A stretch of DNA of 64,000 nucleotides from an uncultured Pseudobdellovibrionaceae bacterium (GCA_964515195.1 CAZETK010000001.1:13126-77125); one strand, 5' to 3'. Positions 19,081 to 29,494 are shown, numbered from the stretch's first letter. Translations and numbers: made by a program. Notes: a model not told the origin generated them from the letters alone.

Positions 19081-20406
19081 TTAGAACCAGATTTCAGCTT
19101 CGACTCCAAATTGAAAAAAGTCGGAACTTCCATCGAGGGCGCGAATGTTCTGTGAATTCAAAACGCTCTTGATGCTATTGGAGTTGGCAGAATTGCGGTT
19201 GGCGTTGTTCCACTGTGAATAGGTGGCATAGGCGCGAACCACGGGTCTATCAAAAAAACCGCTTCCAAGGCCGACTTCAGGAGCAATGGTCGCTCGAAAT
19301 AAAGTTCTATCTCCAAAACGCTTGCCATTCAAATCTCTTTCGCTCTCGGAGCCGACTACTGAATAACCTGCTCCCATGGCAAGGTGATAGTGATCAGTAA
19401 ACCTATAAAGTGGACGAAGTCCCACGTTGTACCAGTAGCTTCTGGAATCGGTTCCTCGGCGACTATCTGCAATTTCCGCAATGGCTCCTCCATGAAGCGT
19501 CCACCTAGGATTCAATTCATAGACAAAGTGTTCGGTAAGACGCAGCCTCTCCAGCGCGTTGACGGGAGTCCCGACCGGCGAAATCGCCGTGTTGTCCATT
19601 TCTAAACTTTCCATGATACCCGTTCCATACATAATGGCTAGGTTCTGATGATCACCATACTGCCACCGAATTCCGCTAGCTGTGCCTGTTCTGGCTTTGT
19701 ACTGAACGGGTGCGGTGAGGGCCGTAGTGGATTCGCCGTTTCCAGAGGTGTTCCATGCGGATGCAAACCAGAAGTGCAACTTGTTTTTATCATCAAGAGA
19801 ATAGTCAAGGAGGCGGATATCAATCGCTTGCTTGGTTGGGGATCCATTAGAACCATTTTTGATGTCGCGGGCGGTGTGTTGAAGCCAGGCGATGGACAGT
19901 CTTCCATTCAGGGTGGCGATGTCTTCGACGCCTCCCCCGTTACCACTCATGTTGGCAAAATAAAAAAAGTCATTCATAAAAAAATCGACATTCCGGTAGA
20001 AGCGCTTTCCTGCCCAGAAGGAAAGTGGAGAGCCATCAAATCGGCCGCCCTTTGCAAAGGCCTGGATCACTTGGATATTATCGCCTCTGTCATTCGACGT
20101 GTCCGAATATTGAGAATTCATAGGAGGGTTGTACATAAAGGTGACATTTGCATCAAAATAGGCGGCGGAGTCGTTTTCAGGCTTGAGAACATGGGCTGTT
20201 AAATAGATTTCTCCATAGGCGCTTTCATTTCCCAATCGGAATTCGTTACCGCGTGAGCCTGGATTTATGATTTGAATCTGTTTTCCTCCATCTGCATTGC
20301 TCCCCACGGGCGCTCGCATATACATATGGTAATCCATTTCGGCGGCGAACAAGCTAAATACAAAAATGTTGAATAAAGCGAAGACAAAGGAACCAAAAAA
20401 TTTCAT
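19081..20406 (-). CDS. carbohydrate-selective porin (LamB/maltoporin-like)
   Basis: Signal peptide. N-terminus DYHMYMRAPVGSNADGG..GNEFRLGNESAYGEIYL resembles maltoporin. C-terminal FGVEAEIWF is a beta-barrel terminus. Confidence 0.6.
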   Translation of the reverse strand: MKFFGSFVFALFNIFVFSLFAAEMDYHMYMRAPVGSNADGGKQIQIINPGSRGNEFRLGNESAYGEIYLTAHVLKPENDSAAYFDANVTFMYNPPMNSQYSDTSNDRGDNIQVIQAFAKGGRFDGSPLSFWAGKRFYRNVDFFMNDFFYFANMSGNGGGVEDIATLNGRLSIAWLQHTARDIKNGSNGSPTKQAIDIRLLDYSLDDKNKLHFWFASAWNTSGNGESTTALTAPVQYKARTGTASGIRWQYGDHQNLAIMYGTGIMESLEMDNTAISPVGTPVNALERLRLTEHFVYELNPRWTLHGGAIAEIADSRRGTDSRSYWYNVGLRPLYRFTDHYHLAMGAGYSVVGSESERDLNGKRFGDRTLFRATIAPEVGLGSGFFDRPVVRAYATYSQWNNANRNSANSNSIKSVLNSQNIRALDGSSDFFQFGVEAEIWF

Positions 20407-20591
20407 GGATTTTTTGTAATGTGAAGCTCATCTGAGCTCAAGCCCGGAGCGCGGAGTCAAAAGCCAATGCAAATCTGTTAGATGCTAAATTAATTCTTTC
20501 AGACACCTTTGAGTTCGAATCTAACTTGCGGCGACATTTGTTCCGATTTGAACCTTGAGATTTCTTTTGGGACCAGCTACGAATCTTCTAT

Positions 20592-21590
20592 ATGAAACAT
20601 TCCGTACTAATATTTAAGTCAACTTTGATGCTGGCACTTTTCATTAGCACTTCGAACTTATCGGCCATGCCGCCCCTACAAGATGAATGCACATTCATTC
20701 GAGAAAAAATTAATGATCTTCCCTCTATCGGAGGAGAAGTTCTAATACCAGAAGGTACCTATGAATGCCGCGCGCCGATTATATTAGATCAAAGTCATAC
20801 CCACCTTCGAGGACAGGGCAAGGTTCTGTTGCGACTGGCAAAGAATATCAATGCACCGGTTATCATTATGGGTGATGCGAACACTCCCCCTAGACCGCTT
20901 CAAAATATTCAGGTTAGTGATCTCAGCATCGATGGGAATAGATGGTATCAAAAAATGGAATGCTGGGGAGGGCCCTGCGATTCGGGAGGCACTTCTTTTA
21001 TCCGAAATAATGGCATCACGGTTCGTGGTCTGACAAAAGGTCGAATTAAAAACATATTTATCACGAGCGCTCGTTCTGGGGGAGTTGTTACTGAAAGAGG
21101 TTGCTACGATTTAATAGTCGAAAATTTGACAGCTGTTGACAATGAATTTGATGGTTTTGCGGGTTATGAAACAGTTGGCGCCCAATTGATCAATTTGGAT
21201 CTGTCTAATAACCGTGCTGCGGGAATATCCTTAGATATTCGCTTCCACGGGAATTACTTTCAAAATTTAAAATTAGAGAACAACAACGATGTCGGCATCT
21301 TTATGAGAGATTCCAATTCTAATATTTTTGAAAACGTCAGGATATCGGGTAGTGGTAACCATGGCCTTTTTATCGCGCAGATTGATGATAAGGCGACTTG
21401 TCCTGCCGATAATGAATTCAGCAATCTGACAGTTGAGTCCTCTCGTGGATTTGGATTTTTATTGAATAACGCCTGCGAGGGTAATCGATTGACGGGTTTA
21501 GCACGTTTTAGCAACAACCGCGATGGGTGTATTAAAGAACCTGAAGGGTCTCGTTTAATCGTTGAAGGGCAGGTTATTTGTGAAGAATAA
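20592..21590 (+). CDS. secreted right-handed parallel beta-helix repeat protein (pectate-lyase-3-like)
   Basis: Signal peptide. GGEVLIPEGTYECRAPIILDQSHTHLRGQG plus repeated NN/G-rich coils. Confidence 0.6.
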   Translation: MKHSVLIFKSTLMLALFISTSNLSAMPPLQDECTFIREKINDLPSIGGEVLIPEGTYECRAPIILDQSHTHLRGQGKVLLRLAKNINAPVIIMGDANTPPRPLQNIQVSDLSIDGNRWYQKMECWGGPCDSGGTSFIRNNGITVRGLTKGRIKNIFITSARSGGVVTERGCYDLIVENLTAVDNEFDGFAGYETVGAQLINLDLSNNRAAGISLDIRFHGNYFQNLKLENNNDVGIFMRDSNSNIFENVRISGSGNHGLFIAQIDDKATCPADNEFSNLTVESSRGFGFLLNNACEGNRLTGLARFSNNRDGCIKEPEGSRLIVEGQVICEE

Positions 21591-24201
21591 AATCAGCAAA
21601 CCAAGTCGAGTTTTTTTAATGGCAGGCCTTTTCTTGCCCATGCTACTAGCAGCCCAACCGCGAGTGGAATTTCGTGACCATCAGCTGGTCATTGATGGCA
21701 AATCGCAACCGCAATTGTTTGGCGCCGAAGTTCAGTACTTTCGTCTTCGAGGTGGTTATGGCCCGAATGTACCGCGATCTAAGGTCTTAGCTCTTTGGAA
21801 TAAGGCCCTTGATCATTTTGTTGACGCTAAAATGAATGCGATCAGCTTCTATATTCCCTGGGACTTTCATGAGTATGCTGAAGGCCAGTTTGACTTTACA
21901 GGCAGCGTGGATCAAGACGGTGATGGTCGTCCTGACTATCCGTCTCGGGATTTAATAACCTTTTTTAAATTAATTGAAGAGCGCGGCATCAGCCGTATCA
22001 TGGTGCGCCCTGGCCCTTATATTAATGCCGAGTGGGGATTCTTAGGCTTTGGCGCCATTCCCAGCTGGTTTCATGATAAGTATCCCGACAGTCATATGAG
22101 AGCTCCTTATGGTCATCGCAGTCGCTTATATGACTATCACAATCCCGATCTGCTCCACCATACCGCCCTCTGGTTTAAAGCTTTGCACCAGCAAGTTCTT
22201 TCGCAGTTTATGGGACCCGGTAAGCCGATCGTATTTTTACAGCTTGATAATGAAACTAACTTTCAATGGCAGTCCATTTTTAATCATGATTTCAGCCGCA
22301 GTGCGATTTTTCGGTACCAAGATTTTTTAAAGAATTTCTATTTCGACCTATCAGCAGTTAATCAAGCCCACGATCGGCAGTGGGTAAGGTGGAATCAAAT
22401 TCAGCCGCCCCTTTATCCAGGTCGCAATGTTAAAGAAGACCAAGAGTGGTATCGTTTTTCTGACTATTCCATGTATAATTTCTTAGGCAAAGTTCGTAAT
22501 CTTTGGCATCAAATCGGAGTTAAAGAGCCACAGGTTCTTTTTACATTAGCGGAAAGTTTTAATGCGCCTGCCAATGGAGTTCTTCCCAATTATATCTATC
22601 GAAATGCTCCGGGAAAAACTGGGCTGATGACTGTCAATCTTTATCCAAAAACGTTCGAAGAAGGCCACAAGCCTTTGATGAACTCACCCTTCAAGGCCGA
22701 CCTGGATGTAAAATCCGCGGATGAGGCGAATGATGTCTACTTGGGGTCTCACCAAGAGTGGGTGATGGGGCCGGAGATTCAAGGAGGCTGGTGGCGTGGT
22801 ATCGATGTGACCCGCGAATCTCGTCAGCAAACTTATTTGACGGTGTTGGGACATGGGATGAAAGCCATTTTCATCTACTATTTCAATGAAGGTCAAAACT
22901 GGGATTCCGAATGGACCCATCAGCAAATTTCACCGCTCTACGAAGAGCTGCGCCGAGAGCGTGGATTCTTAAGCACGCCAATGGCCCAACTTCCTGAGGA
23001 CTTTTGGAATGAATTGCAAGGGCGATCAGATCGTCAAATCCTTTTAGGCTTTGACGTTAGACGGATCATGCGTCTGGGACCGGATCATGACCAAGAGCTG
23101 TATTTTGATGCACCATTGGATGGTCAAGCGAACCCACGAGATCACTATCAGCATTTAAAAATGTTAGGTGAAACTTTGTTTTTTCCTTATCAAGATTTTT
23201 TAGCCAGAGCTATTGGGGCTAACGATCAAGAAGTGGCGCTGGTCAAGGATAGTACAAGTCACGAACTGTCAGCGGATCCTCAGTTGCCAGCTCACTTGGC
23301 CGCAGCCGATTGGACGGGGGGCCTTCTCGGCGCACTGATGAACGCCGATATCAACCCGCTGGTTCTACATGGAGATATTTCACCAGAGGACCGCTTCCAA
23401 GATTTGAAGGTTTTAGTGCACCTTGATACGGGTTCGAATCATACTCGCACAATAAGTCTATTTAAATCGGCCCTTTCGCGAGGCAGGACTATAGTTAACT
23501 TTCTTTCGAGTGCAACTCCCCAGAATCTACAGCTAGATATTCCTTCCGTTCTATTATTTGGACGCCAGTCAGATCCCACTCCGCTGGCCTTTTACATTGA
23601 TCATACTGGGCGATTCACATCACCTACGCAGCCCAATGCCAAAATTGTGACTTTTCAGTCATCAAATCCAGTCTACTCTTACGATGAAGATTCCATTAAG
23701 CAGCACGGTTGTCAGGGAGTTCTGTTCTGGAACGACAAGACAGTCGGATACCATTGTCCACTAGGGGATGGACATTTGATCCAAATCGGAGCTTTGATAT
23801 TTGAGCATTATAACTCCGGGGCTTATGCCTTGATGCCTAACGCTAAAGAGCAACGTCAATTTATGAAGACATTGCTTAATGATTCTCAGATTCAACCTTT
23901 AACTGAATTTTCTGAAGAAGCTGAAAAGATTGTGGCCTTCGCACGTAAAGATCCTAAAAGGGAGCTGTTATGGATGACTGTTAAGACGGGAGCAACAAAG
24001 GCGCAAAGTTTAAGATTAAAAGTAAGTCAGACTTTGCTAAATGACTCCTTAGGCGCTGCCGAAACATTTCAAGTGACGGATGTGCTTGCTAAGACAACCC
24101 AAAAGATCTCAAAATCCAAGCTGACAAAGGACGGCTTCAGTATCCAGATCGAGCCCAACGGCAGCACGGTGTTCGTTATTAAACGTTATGAAAAAAATTG
24201 A
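21580..24201 (+). CDS. glycoside hydrolase family 35-like (beta-galactosidase-like) protein
   Basis: LVIDGKSQPQLFGAEVQYFRLRG..ISFYIPWDFHEYAEGQFDF..MVRPGPYINAEWGF..QLDNE resemble the GH35 catalytic domain. I prefer GTG 21580, which gives signal peptide MKNKISKPSRVFLMAGLFLPMLLAA. Confidence 0.6.
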   Translation: MKNKISKPSRVFLMAGLFLPMLLAAQPRVEFRDHQLVIDGKSQPQLFGAEVQYFRLRGGYGPNVPRSKVLALWNKALDHFVDAKMNAISFYIPWDFHEYAEGQFDFTGSVDQDGDGRPDYPSRDLITFFKLIEERGISRIMVRPGPYINAEWGFLGFGAIPSWFHDKYPDSHMRAPYGHRSRLYDYHNPDLLHHTALWFKALHQQVLSQFMGPGKPIVFLQLDNETNFQWQSIFNHDFSRSAIFRYQDFLKNFYFDLSAVNQAHDRQWVRWNQIQPPLYPGRNVKEDQEWYRFSDYSMYNFLGKVRNLWHQIGVKEPQVLFTLAESFNAPANGVLPNYIYRNAPGKTGLMTVNLYPKTFEEGHKPLMNSPFKADLDVKSADEANDVYLGSHQEWVMGPEIQGGWWRGIDVTRESRQQTYLTVLGHGMKAIFIYYFNEGQNWDSEWTHQQISPLYEELRRERGFLSTPMAQLPEDFWNELQGRSDRQILLGFDVRRIMRLGPDHDQELYFDAPLDGQANPRDHYQHLKMLGETLFFPYQDFLARAIGANDQEVALVKDSTSHELSADPQLPAHLAAADWTGGLLGALMNADINPLVLHGDISPEDRFQDLKVLVHLDTGSNHTRTISLFKSALSRGRTIVNFLSSATPQNLQLDIPSVLLFGRQSDPTPLAFYIDHTGRFTSPTQPNAKIVTFQSSNPVYSYDEDSIKQHGCQGVLFWNDKTVGYHCPLGDGHLIQIGALIFEHYNSGAYALMPNAKEQRQFMKTLLNDSQIQPLTEFSEEAEKIVAFARKDPKRELLWMTVKTGATKAQSLRLKVSQTLLNDSLGAAETFQVTDVLAKTTQKISKSKLTKDGFSIQIEPNGSTVFVIKRYEKN

Positions 24202-25099
24202 TTTAGTCATTCCTTCTCGAGAAAAAGATGTTGGCGGGTTTCCGGTACGCCGAATTCTACCCTATGTAAACCAACGAATGGTGGGTCCTTTTATTTTTTT
24301 TGATCATATGGGACCCGCAGACTTTCTAGCGGGTGAAGGTTTGACGGTTAGACCTCACCCACACATCCATCTTTCAACTGTGACCTACTTATTTGAAGGA
24401 AAAATTCATCATCGTGATAGTTTAGGTTCTGATCAGTTGATCGAACCTGGTGCTATTAATTGGATGACAGCAGGGCATGGAATCGTTCACTCTGAGCGTA
24501 CGCCAGAAGACTTAAAGAAAACTGGTGGTCGACTCAATGGCATACAATGTTGGGTCGCGCTTCCAGAAGAATCACAAGATGTAAAACCTAGTTTTCATCA
24601 TCATGCATTCGATACCTTGCCAGAATTTGAAGTTGACGGAGCCAAGCTGAAACTCCTTTTGGGAACGGCTTTTGAACGCCGAAGTCCCGTTCAAGTTCAC
24701 TCCGATCTGTTCTATCTAGATGTGTTTCTTTCGGAGGGAGGCAGTCTGAATATTCCCTGTGATGGACGCGAAGGCGCTGTCTATCTAGTCAGTGGAGAAG
24801 TCGAAGTGGATGATATTATTTTAGAGCCCTATACCATGGCTGTTGGCCATATGGGGGAATCCATTGTTGTCAAAGCGCGTGAATCATCACGCCTAATGTT
24901 ATTGGGAGGGAAACCTGTTGGGGAGCGTTTTATCTATTGGAACTTTGTTTCCAGCTCCAAAGAAAATTTAGAAAAGGCTAAAAGATCTTGGGCAGTCGGA
25001 CCCGGCGATCAGGATGGAAGATTCCCTAAGATTCCAGGTGATGATCAAGACTTTATCCCTCTACCCCGGGAGCACAATCCACCCGGCACGGCGCTGTAG
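24188..25099 (+). CDS. pirin family protein (long form)
   Basis: FPVRRILP....GPFIFFDHMGP...RPHPHIHLSTVTYLFEG is the pirin N-terminal cupin signature. Confidence 0.8.
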   Translation: MKKIDLVIPSREKDVGGFPVRRILPYVNQRMVGPFIFFDHMGPADFLAGEGLTVRPHPHIHLSTVTYLFEGKIHHRDSLGSDQLIEPGAINWMTAGHGIVHSERTPEDLKKTGGRLNGIQCWVALPEESQDVKPSFHHHAFDTLPEFEVDGAKLKLLLGTAFERRSPVQVHSDLFYLDVFLSEGGSLNIPCDGREGAVYLVSGEVEVDDIILEPYTMAVGHMGESIVVKARESSRLMLLGGKPVGERFIYWNFVSSSKENLEKAKRSWAVGPGDQDGRFPKIPGDDQDFIPLPREHNPPGTAL

Positions 25100-25133
25100 A
25101 GGGTCTCGTAGTAATTAAGGCTCGGCTTAAGAT

Positions 25134-26039
25134 TTAAAGCTCGAAGTTTTGTAGACTATCGCGGATGATTTCTGTCCCTATCTGAACAAAGGCATTTACC
25201 TTAGGCGATAAGTGTCTTTGACCGCTGTAGAGAAAATGAACCGGACGAACATTGGCTTTCCAGTCGTCAAGGACTCTTACGAGTTTTCCAGATCGAACCT
25301 CTAATCCACATAAAAAAGTTGGAAGCAATGAAATTCCAAGTCCCCTCATTGTGAGTACTTTTAATACATTTACTTCGTTTATTAAAAACTGCTTCTTCAT
25401 GGGGACATCTATCGAGCCTTTTGGCCCTTTCAGTTTCCATGATTCCGTCCCCAAAGGAGCAAACTGCAGACAGCTGTGTTGACGTAAATCCTTAGGACTT
25501 TGTGGGTAACCGGCTTTCTTTAAATAGCTGGGACTTGCAAAGGCTGCGAAATAAATATCACCCAATTTTTTTGCTACGAGGCTTGAGTCTTTCAGGTTTC
25601 CTGCTCGAATGGCCAAATCAAATCCTTCAGAGATCAGATCCACACTGCGGTCACTTAAGAAAATATCAAAGGTTATTTTTGGGAAATCCAATTTGAATTT
25701 TTCAATGACCTTAGGAAGTATCACGCTTCCAAACTCCACCGGTGAAGTTATACGTAAAAGCCCCTGGGCCTCGGCTTGACCTGTTGTGATTTCCGCTTCG
25801 GCCTCACGGATGCTATCAAGACTTTGCGTGCATTTTTCAAAAAACCTTCTTCCTTCGGGAGTTACAAAAAGTTTTCTCGTTGTTCGCCTTATGAGAATAA
25901 TCCCAAGCCTTTTCTCTAGGTTCGACACTTTTGCGCTGACAGTTGAATTTGGCATGTTTAATTGTTGGGCAGCGCGCGTGAAGCTTCCCAGCTCAACAAC
26001 CTTAGAAAATATGGCTATTTCATTCAGATCTAATTCCAT
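25134..26039 (-). CDS. LysR family transcriptional regulator
   Basis: MELDLNEIAIFSKVVELGSFTRAAQQLNMPNSTVSAKVSNLEKRLG is the LysR HTH. The internal Met is preferred over the track start at 26075. Confidence 0.85.
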   Translation of the reverse strand: MELDLNEIAIFSKVVELGSFTRAAQQLNMPNSTVSAKVSNLEKRLGIILIRRTTRKLFVTPEGRRFFEKCTQSLDSIREAEAEITTGQAEAQGLLRITSPVEFGSVILPKVIEKFKLDFPKITFDIFLSDRSVDLISEGFDLAIRAGNLKDSSLVAKKLGDIYFAAFASPSYLKKAGYPQSPKDLRQHSCLQFAPLGTESWKLKGPKGSIDVPMKKQFLINEVNVLKVLTMRGLGISLLPTFLCGLEVRSGKLVRVLDDWKANVRPVHFLYSGQRHLSPKVNAFVQIGTEIIRDSLQNFEL

Positions 26040-26167
26040 GGACTTATTATACAATAGGATGAAAAGTAATTCCATATTTTACTATCTAATAAATTATGAA
26101 ATTGTTCGATAAATTACTTGTATAGGACAAAGAGAATTTTAAACCAATAAAACAAAGGAGACCTCAA

Positions 26168-26698
26168 GTGACTACAAAGTATCAACTAGACCCTTCCCAT
26201 TCAACTGCAAGCTTTAGCATTAAACATATGATGATTGCCAAAGTTCATGGAGGATTCGAAAAGATGACTGGCACTCTTGTGCTGGATTCTGAAGATCCAA
26301 GTAAATCCTATGTTGAAGCCGAGATCGATGTAAAAAGCATTAACACCCGCGAGCCGCAACGCGATACACACTTAAAAAGTGCGGACTTTTTTGATGTCGA
26401 AAAATTTCCGACAATCACTTTTAAATCTAACGGTGTCGAAAAAGCTGGTGACGGACTTTTGGTGATTGGAGATCTCACAATTCATGGCGTGACTCAGAAA
26501 GTAACACTCGAAGTAGAGGGACCAAGCGCCGAGATAAAAGACCCTTGGGGCAATATCAAAATCGGAGCTTCGGCGACTACTAAAATTAAGCGTAAAGATT
26601 TCGGCTTATCATGGAACGCAGCTCTTGAGGCAGGCGGATTTCTAGTCGGTGATGATGTGAATATCACTCTCGAGGTGCAATTTGTAAAACAAGCCTAA
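26168..26698 (+). CDS. YceI family protein
   Basis: YQLDPSHSTASFSIKHMMIAKVHGGF...LTIHGVTQ is the YceI signature. GTG start follows GGAGA. Confidence 0.8.
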   Translation: MTTKYQLDPSHSTASFSIKHMMIAKVHGGFEKMTGTLVLDSEDPSKSYVEAEIDVKSINTREPQRDTHLKSADFFDVEKFPTITFKSNGVEKAGDGLLVIGDLTIHGVTQKVTLEVEGPSAEIKDPWGNIKIGASATTKIKRKDFGLSWNAALEAGGFLVGDDVNITLEVQFVKQA

Positions 26699-26711
26699 TA
26701 AAGGAGGTCAC

Positions 26712-27410
26712 ATGTTACAACTTAGAAAATCCGAGGAAAGAGGCCTTGGTAATCACGGTTGGCTGAGATCGCGGCATACTTTCTCATTTGCCGAGTACTA
26801 TGACCCGAAACACATGGGATTTCGCAGCTTGCGGGTGATCAATGAAGATCGCATAGCCGGGGGGACGGGTTTTGGCGCTCATCCCCACCGGGATATGGAA
26901 ATAATCTCTTATGTAATTAGCGGAGCTCTTGAACATCAAGATTCTATGGGAAACAAAACTCTAATCCGCCCTGGCGAGGTGCAAAGAATGACTGCGGGAA
27001 CGGGAGTTGTTCATTCGGAATACAATGCCATGGCGGATGAAGAAACTCATTTTTTTCAAATTTGGGTCCGACCGAAAGCCCCGGGTGGAAACCCGAGTTA
27101 TGGACAAAAGAACTTTGAAAATGAATTGAGCTCTCAAAAGCTGACACTGGTGATTTCACAAGATGCGCGTGACGGTTCGATTGGAATAAAACAAGATGCG
27201 GATCTCTACATTTCAAGGCTGAATAAGAGCGACGAAGTAGAATTAAAACTTCGGCAAGGTCGAGGTATATGGATACAGGTTATAAAGGGAGAGCTTGAAG
27301 TCAATGGACAAGCGATTGCCACAGGCGATGCGCTTTCTTTTGAGAACGAGGAGCTTGTTCGCATCAAAGCACAGGATTCAAGTGAATTCTTCCTCTTTGA
27401 TCTGGCGTAG
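26712..27410 (+). CDS. pirin family protein (YhhW-like, short form)
   Basis: GWLRSRHTFSFAEYYDP..FRSLRVINEDRI..GFGAHPHRDMEIISYV. Confidence 0.85.
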   Translation: MLQLRKSEERGLGNHGWLRSRHTFSFAEYYDPKHMGFRSLRVINEDRIAGGTGFGAHPHRDMEIISYVISGALEHQDSMGNKTLIRPGEVQRMTAGTGVVHSEYNAMADEETHFFQIWVRPKAPGGNPSYGQKNFENELSSQKLTLVISQDARDGSIGIKQDADLYISRLNKSDEVELKLRQGRGIWIQVIKGELEVNGQAIATGDALSFENEELVRIKAQDSSEFFLFDLA

Positions 27411-27456
27411 AATGAGAATCTTACTTTAAAGGCCGCCTGTATTATTCTGGAATTAC

Positions 27457-28827
27457 CTAAACTTGTTTCAGCTTTGCAGTGAAGTGCCTGAGGAATCGAG
27501 CCTGCTCCACAATCCGATAAGCCGGGAGTTTGGGCAGCTCACCTTGCGAGGCGTGAGCTGATTCGATGATGTAGTCAATATGGCTTTGTGTATACACCCG
27601 GCGGGGAAATGCCAATCGGACAAGCTCCTGCGTGGCGGGAACTTCTTCTCCTGTTTCAGGATTCTGGTGTCCAAACATTAAAGATCCGATTTCAACCCCC
27701 CGCAGGCCGATATTTTCGTAAAGAAAGGTGGCCAGCGACTGCGCTGGAAAATCCTGGGGCTTGAGGTGGGGGATGGTGGCTTTCGCATCCAAATAAACAG
27801 CATGGCCTCCGTAAGGCTTCACCACCTTATACCCTGCGCTTTCTAGGCCTTCGGCAAAGTAGGCGATACTTTTAATTCGGTAGGTGAGATAGTGTTCATC
27901 CTGGATTTCTTCAAGGCCTGTTGCGATGGCTTCAAGGTCGCGCCCTGCCAAACCCCCATAAGTGGGGAATCCTTCTGTAATCACCATCCGTTGTCGGATA
28001 TCAGAGGCCAAGGCTGAGTCCTTCAAAGCAAGAAACCCCCCAATATTGGCGAAGGCATCTTTTTTTGCACTCATTAAGACACCGTCAGCGAAAGAGAACA
28101 TTTCGCGGGCAATCTTGGAAACGGATGCCGAGGCATAGGCTTTTTCACGGAGCTTGATAAAGAAAGCATTTTCTGCAAAACGGGCTGCATCGATAAACAA
28201 AGGGATTCCGTAATCATTTAAAATGTTTTTTGTGGCACGGATGTTCTCTAAAGAAACGGGCTGACCTCCGGCGCTGTTGTTGGTGACGGTCATAATAAAA
28301 AACGCCACATCGTTCGATTTTTTTTGCAATACTGACTTTAGGGCTTCCAGGTCTACATTGCCTTTGAAAGGATGCTCTGCCTGGGTTTCTTTCGACTCCT
28401 GGCTGGGAAGATTAACAGACAGGCCTCCCATGGATTCTATATTGGCTTGAGTGGTGTCGAATTGAGTGTTTCCCAATACGCGCATGCCGGGTTTTAAAAG
28501 GGATTGGCAGAGCAGCGCTTCGGCCGAACGTCCCTGGTGAGTGGGAATAATGGACTCAAGGCCTGTCAGTTCTTGGATGGTTTTTTGAAATCGAAGAAAA
28601 CTTCTTGATCCTGCGTAGGACTCATCTCCGAGCATCATGGCCGCCCACTGTTGGCTCGACATGGCGCTTGTCCCGCTATCCGTTAAAAAATCAAAGGTGA
28701 CGGTTTCGGCTGGAAGTAAGAAAAGGTTGTAGAAGGCCGACTGGATCGCTTTCTTGCGCTCCTCTTGTGAAAGAATCGGAATGGGCTCGACCATTTTGAT
28801 TTTAAAAGGTTCAAAAACAGTTTTCAT
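27457..28827 (-). CDS. tnaA: tryptophanase (beta-eliminating lyase family; tyrosine phenol-lyase not excluded)
   Basis: Collinear with E. coli TnaA by eye: LTDSGTSAMS, TVTNNSAGGQPVS, DAARFAENAFFIK, SAKKDA (PLP Lys), EGFPTYGGLAGRD, and C-terminal LRHFTAKLKQV. Confidence 0.75.
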   Translation of the reverse strand: MKTVFEPFKIKMVEPIPILSQEERKKAIQSAFYNLFLLPAETVTFDFLTDSGTSAMSSQQWAAMMLGDESYAGSRSFLRFQKTIQELTGLESIIPTHQGRSAEALLCQSLLKPGMRVLGNTQFDTTQANIESMGGLSVNLPSQESKETQAEHPFKGNVDLEALKSVLQKKSNDVAFFIMTVTNNSAGGQPVSLENIRATKNILNDYGIPLFIDAARFAENAFFIKLREKAYASASVSKIAREMFSFADGVLMSAKKDAFANIGGFLALKDSALASDIRQRMVITEGFPTYGGLAGRDLEAIATGLEEIQDEHYLTYRIKSIAYFAEGLESAGYKVVKPYGGHAVYLDAKATIPHLKPQDFPAQSLATFLYENIGLRGVEIGSLMFGHQNPETGEEVPATQELVRLAFPRRVYTQSHIDYIIESAHASQGELPKLPAYRIVEQARFLRHFTAKLKQV

Positions 28828-29299
28828 ACAAGCCCTCTCGTTTCTATAAGAATAGTAGGATAAATCTATAACGGCCCATCTCTGTCAATGTTGGAATGCT
28901 AAGCGTTAAGCCTAATACAGGCCTTAAAATCCAGTGGGCCCAGATCCTTATATCAAGGACGGATATATTGACTCGATAAAGCGGCCCCACCACAGGCATG
29001 GTCTCAAGGCCTCTCAATTCTGTGGCATAAAAACAAGACGAATTCGTTCGCAATGGAATATGAAATCGAAAAGGGTCTGGGTCTATGTGCCACTATCGCT
29101 CTGTTTGGGTTCATTTTTAGGAGATTTTGAGGATCGGGGGGCTCTCTACTCTGCAATGAAGTAGCAAGAGGCGTAAATGTTTTCATTCGAAGTCAAGCTA
29201 TTCACACTGTCTGTCGATAAACCGACCTGGTTCAGAGGCGCAGCCCTGAAATTAACCCGGGACTGACCATTGTCCCAGCTATAAATCCTGAGACCTTGT

Positions 29300-29494
29300 T
29301 TGCCAGCGACCTGGAGTTTTTCAGTGCTCGGAAAGGGATTTCGACTTTTGATGACCTATTTTGACGTTGGGAATGGAACGAGCCAGCCGATGACAATGTC
29401 ATCTTCATTGATTAATTTTATAAATTTGAAGCTTTTGGACTCTTACTTTCAAAGCAAAAAGCCTATTTTTCAAAAAGGCGAGGCGCTTCTGTAA
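29300..29494 (+). pseudogene. remnant of a nitroreductase paralogue (C-terminal piece)
   Basis: SQPMTMSSSLINFINLKLLDSYFQSKKPIFQKGEALL aligns with CQPLTMSSTLIYLMNQQLLDEHFAENIEIFEEGEKLM of the 8402-9481 product. Weaker frame-shifted similarity may extend back to about 29050. Confidence 0.6.

Noticed and set aside
19648-20202. 184-aa plus-strand ORF
   Set aside because: It is antisense to the porin gene, which has a signal peptide and a beta-barrel C-terminal Phe. Its composition is typical of a shadow ORF.
28844-28879. TnaC-like leader peptide
   Set aside because: The 11-codon ORF has no Trp codon and no resemblance to TnaC. It is kept only as a minor note under the tnaA finding.
28844-29186. 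69-, 76- and 60-aa ORFs in the tnaA-upstream gap
   Set aside because: They overlap each other on both strands, have no SD and show no motif. The region is better explained as eroded nitroreductase-paralogue DNA plus the tnaA promoter.
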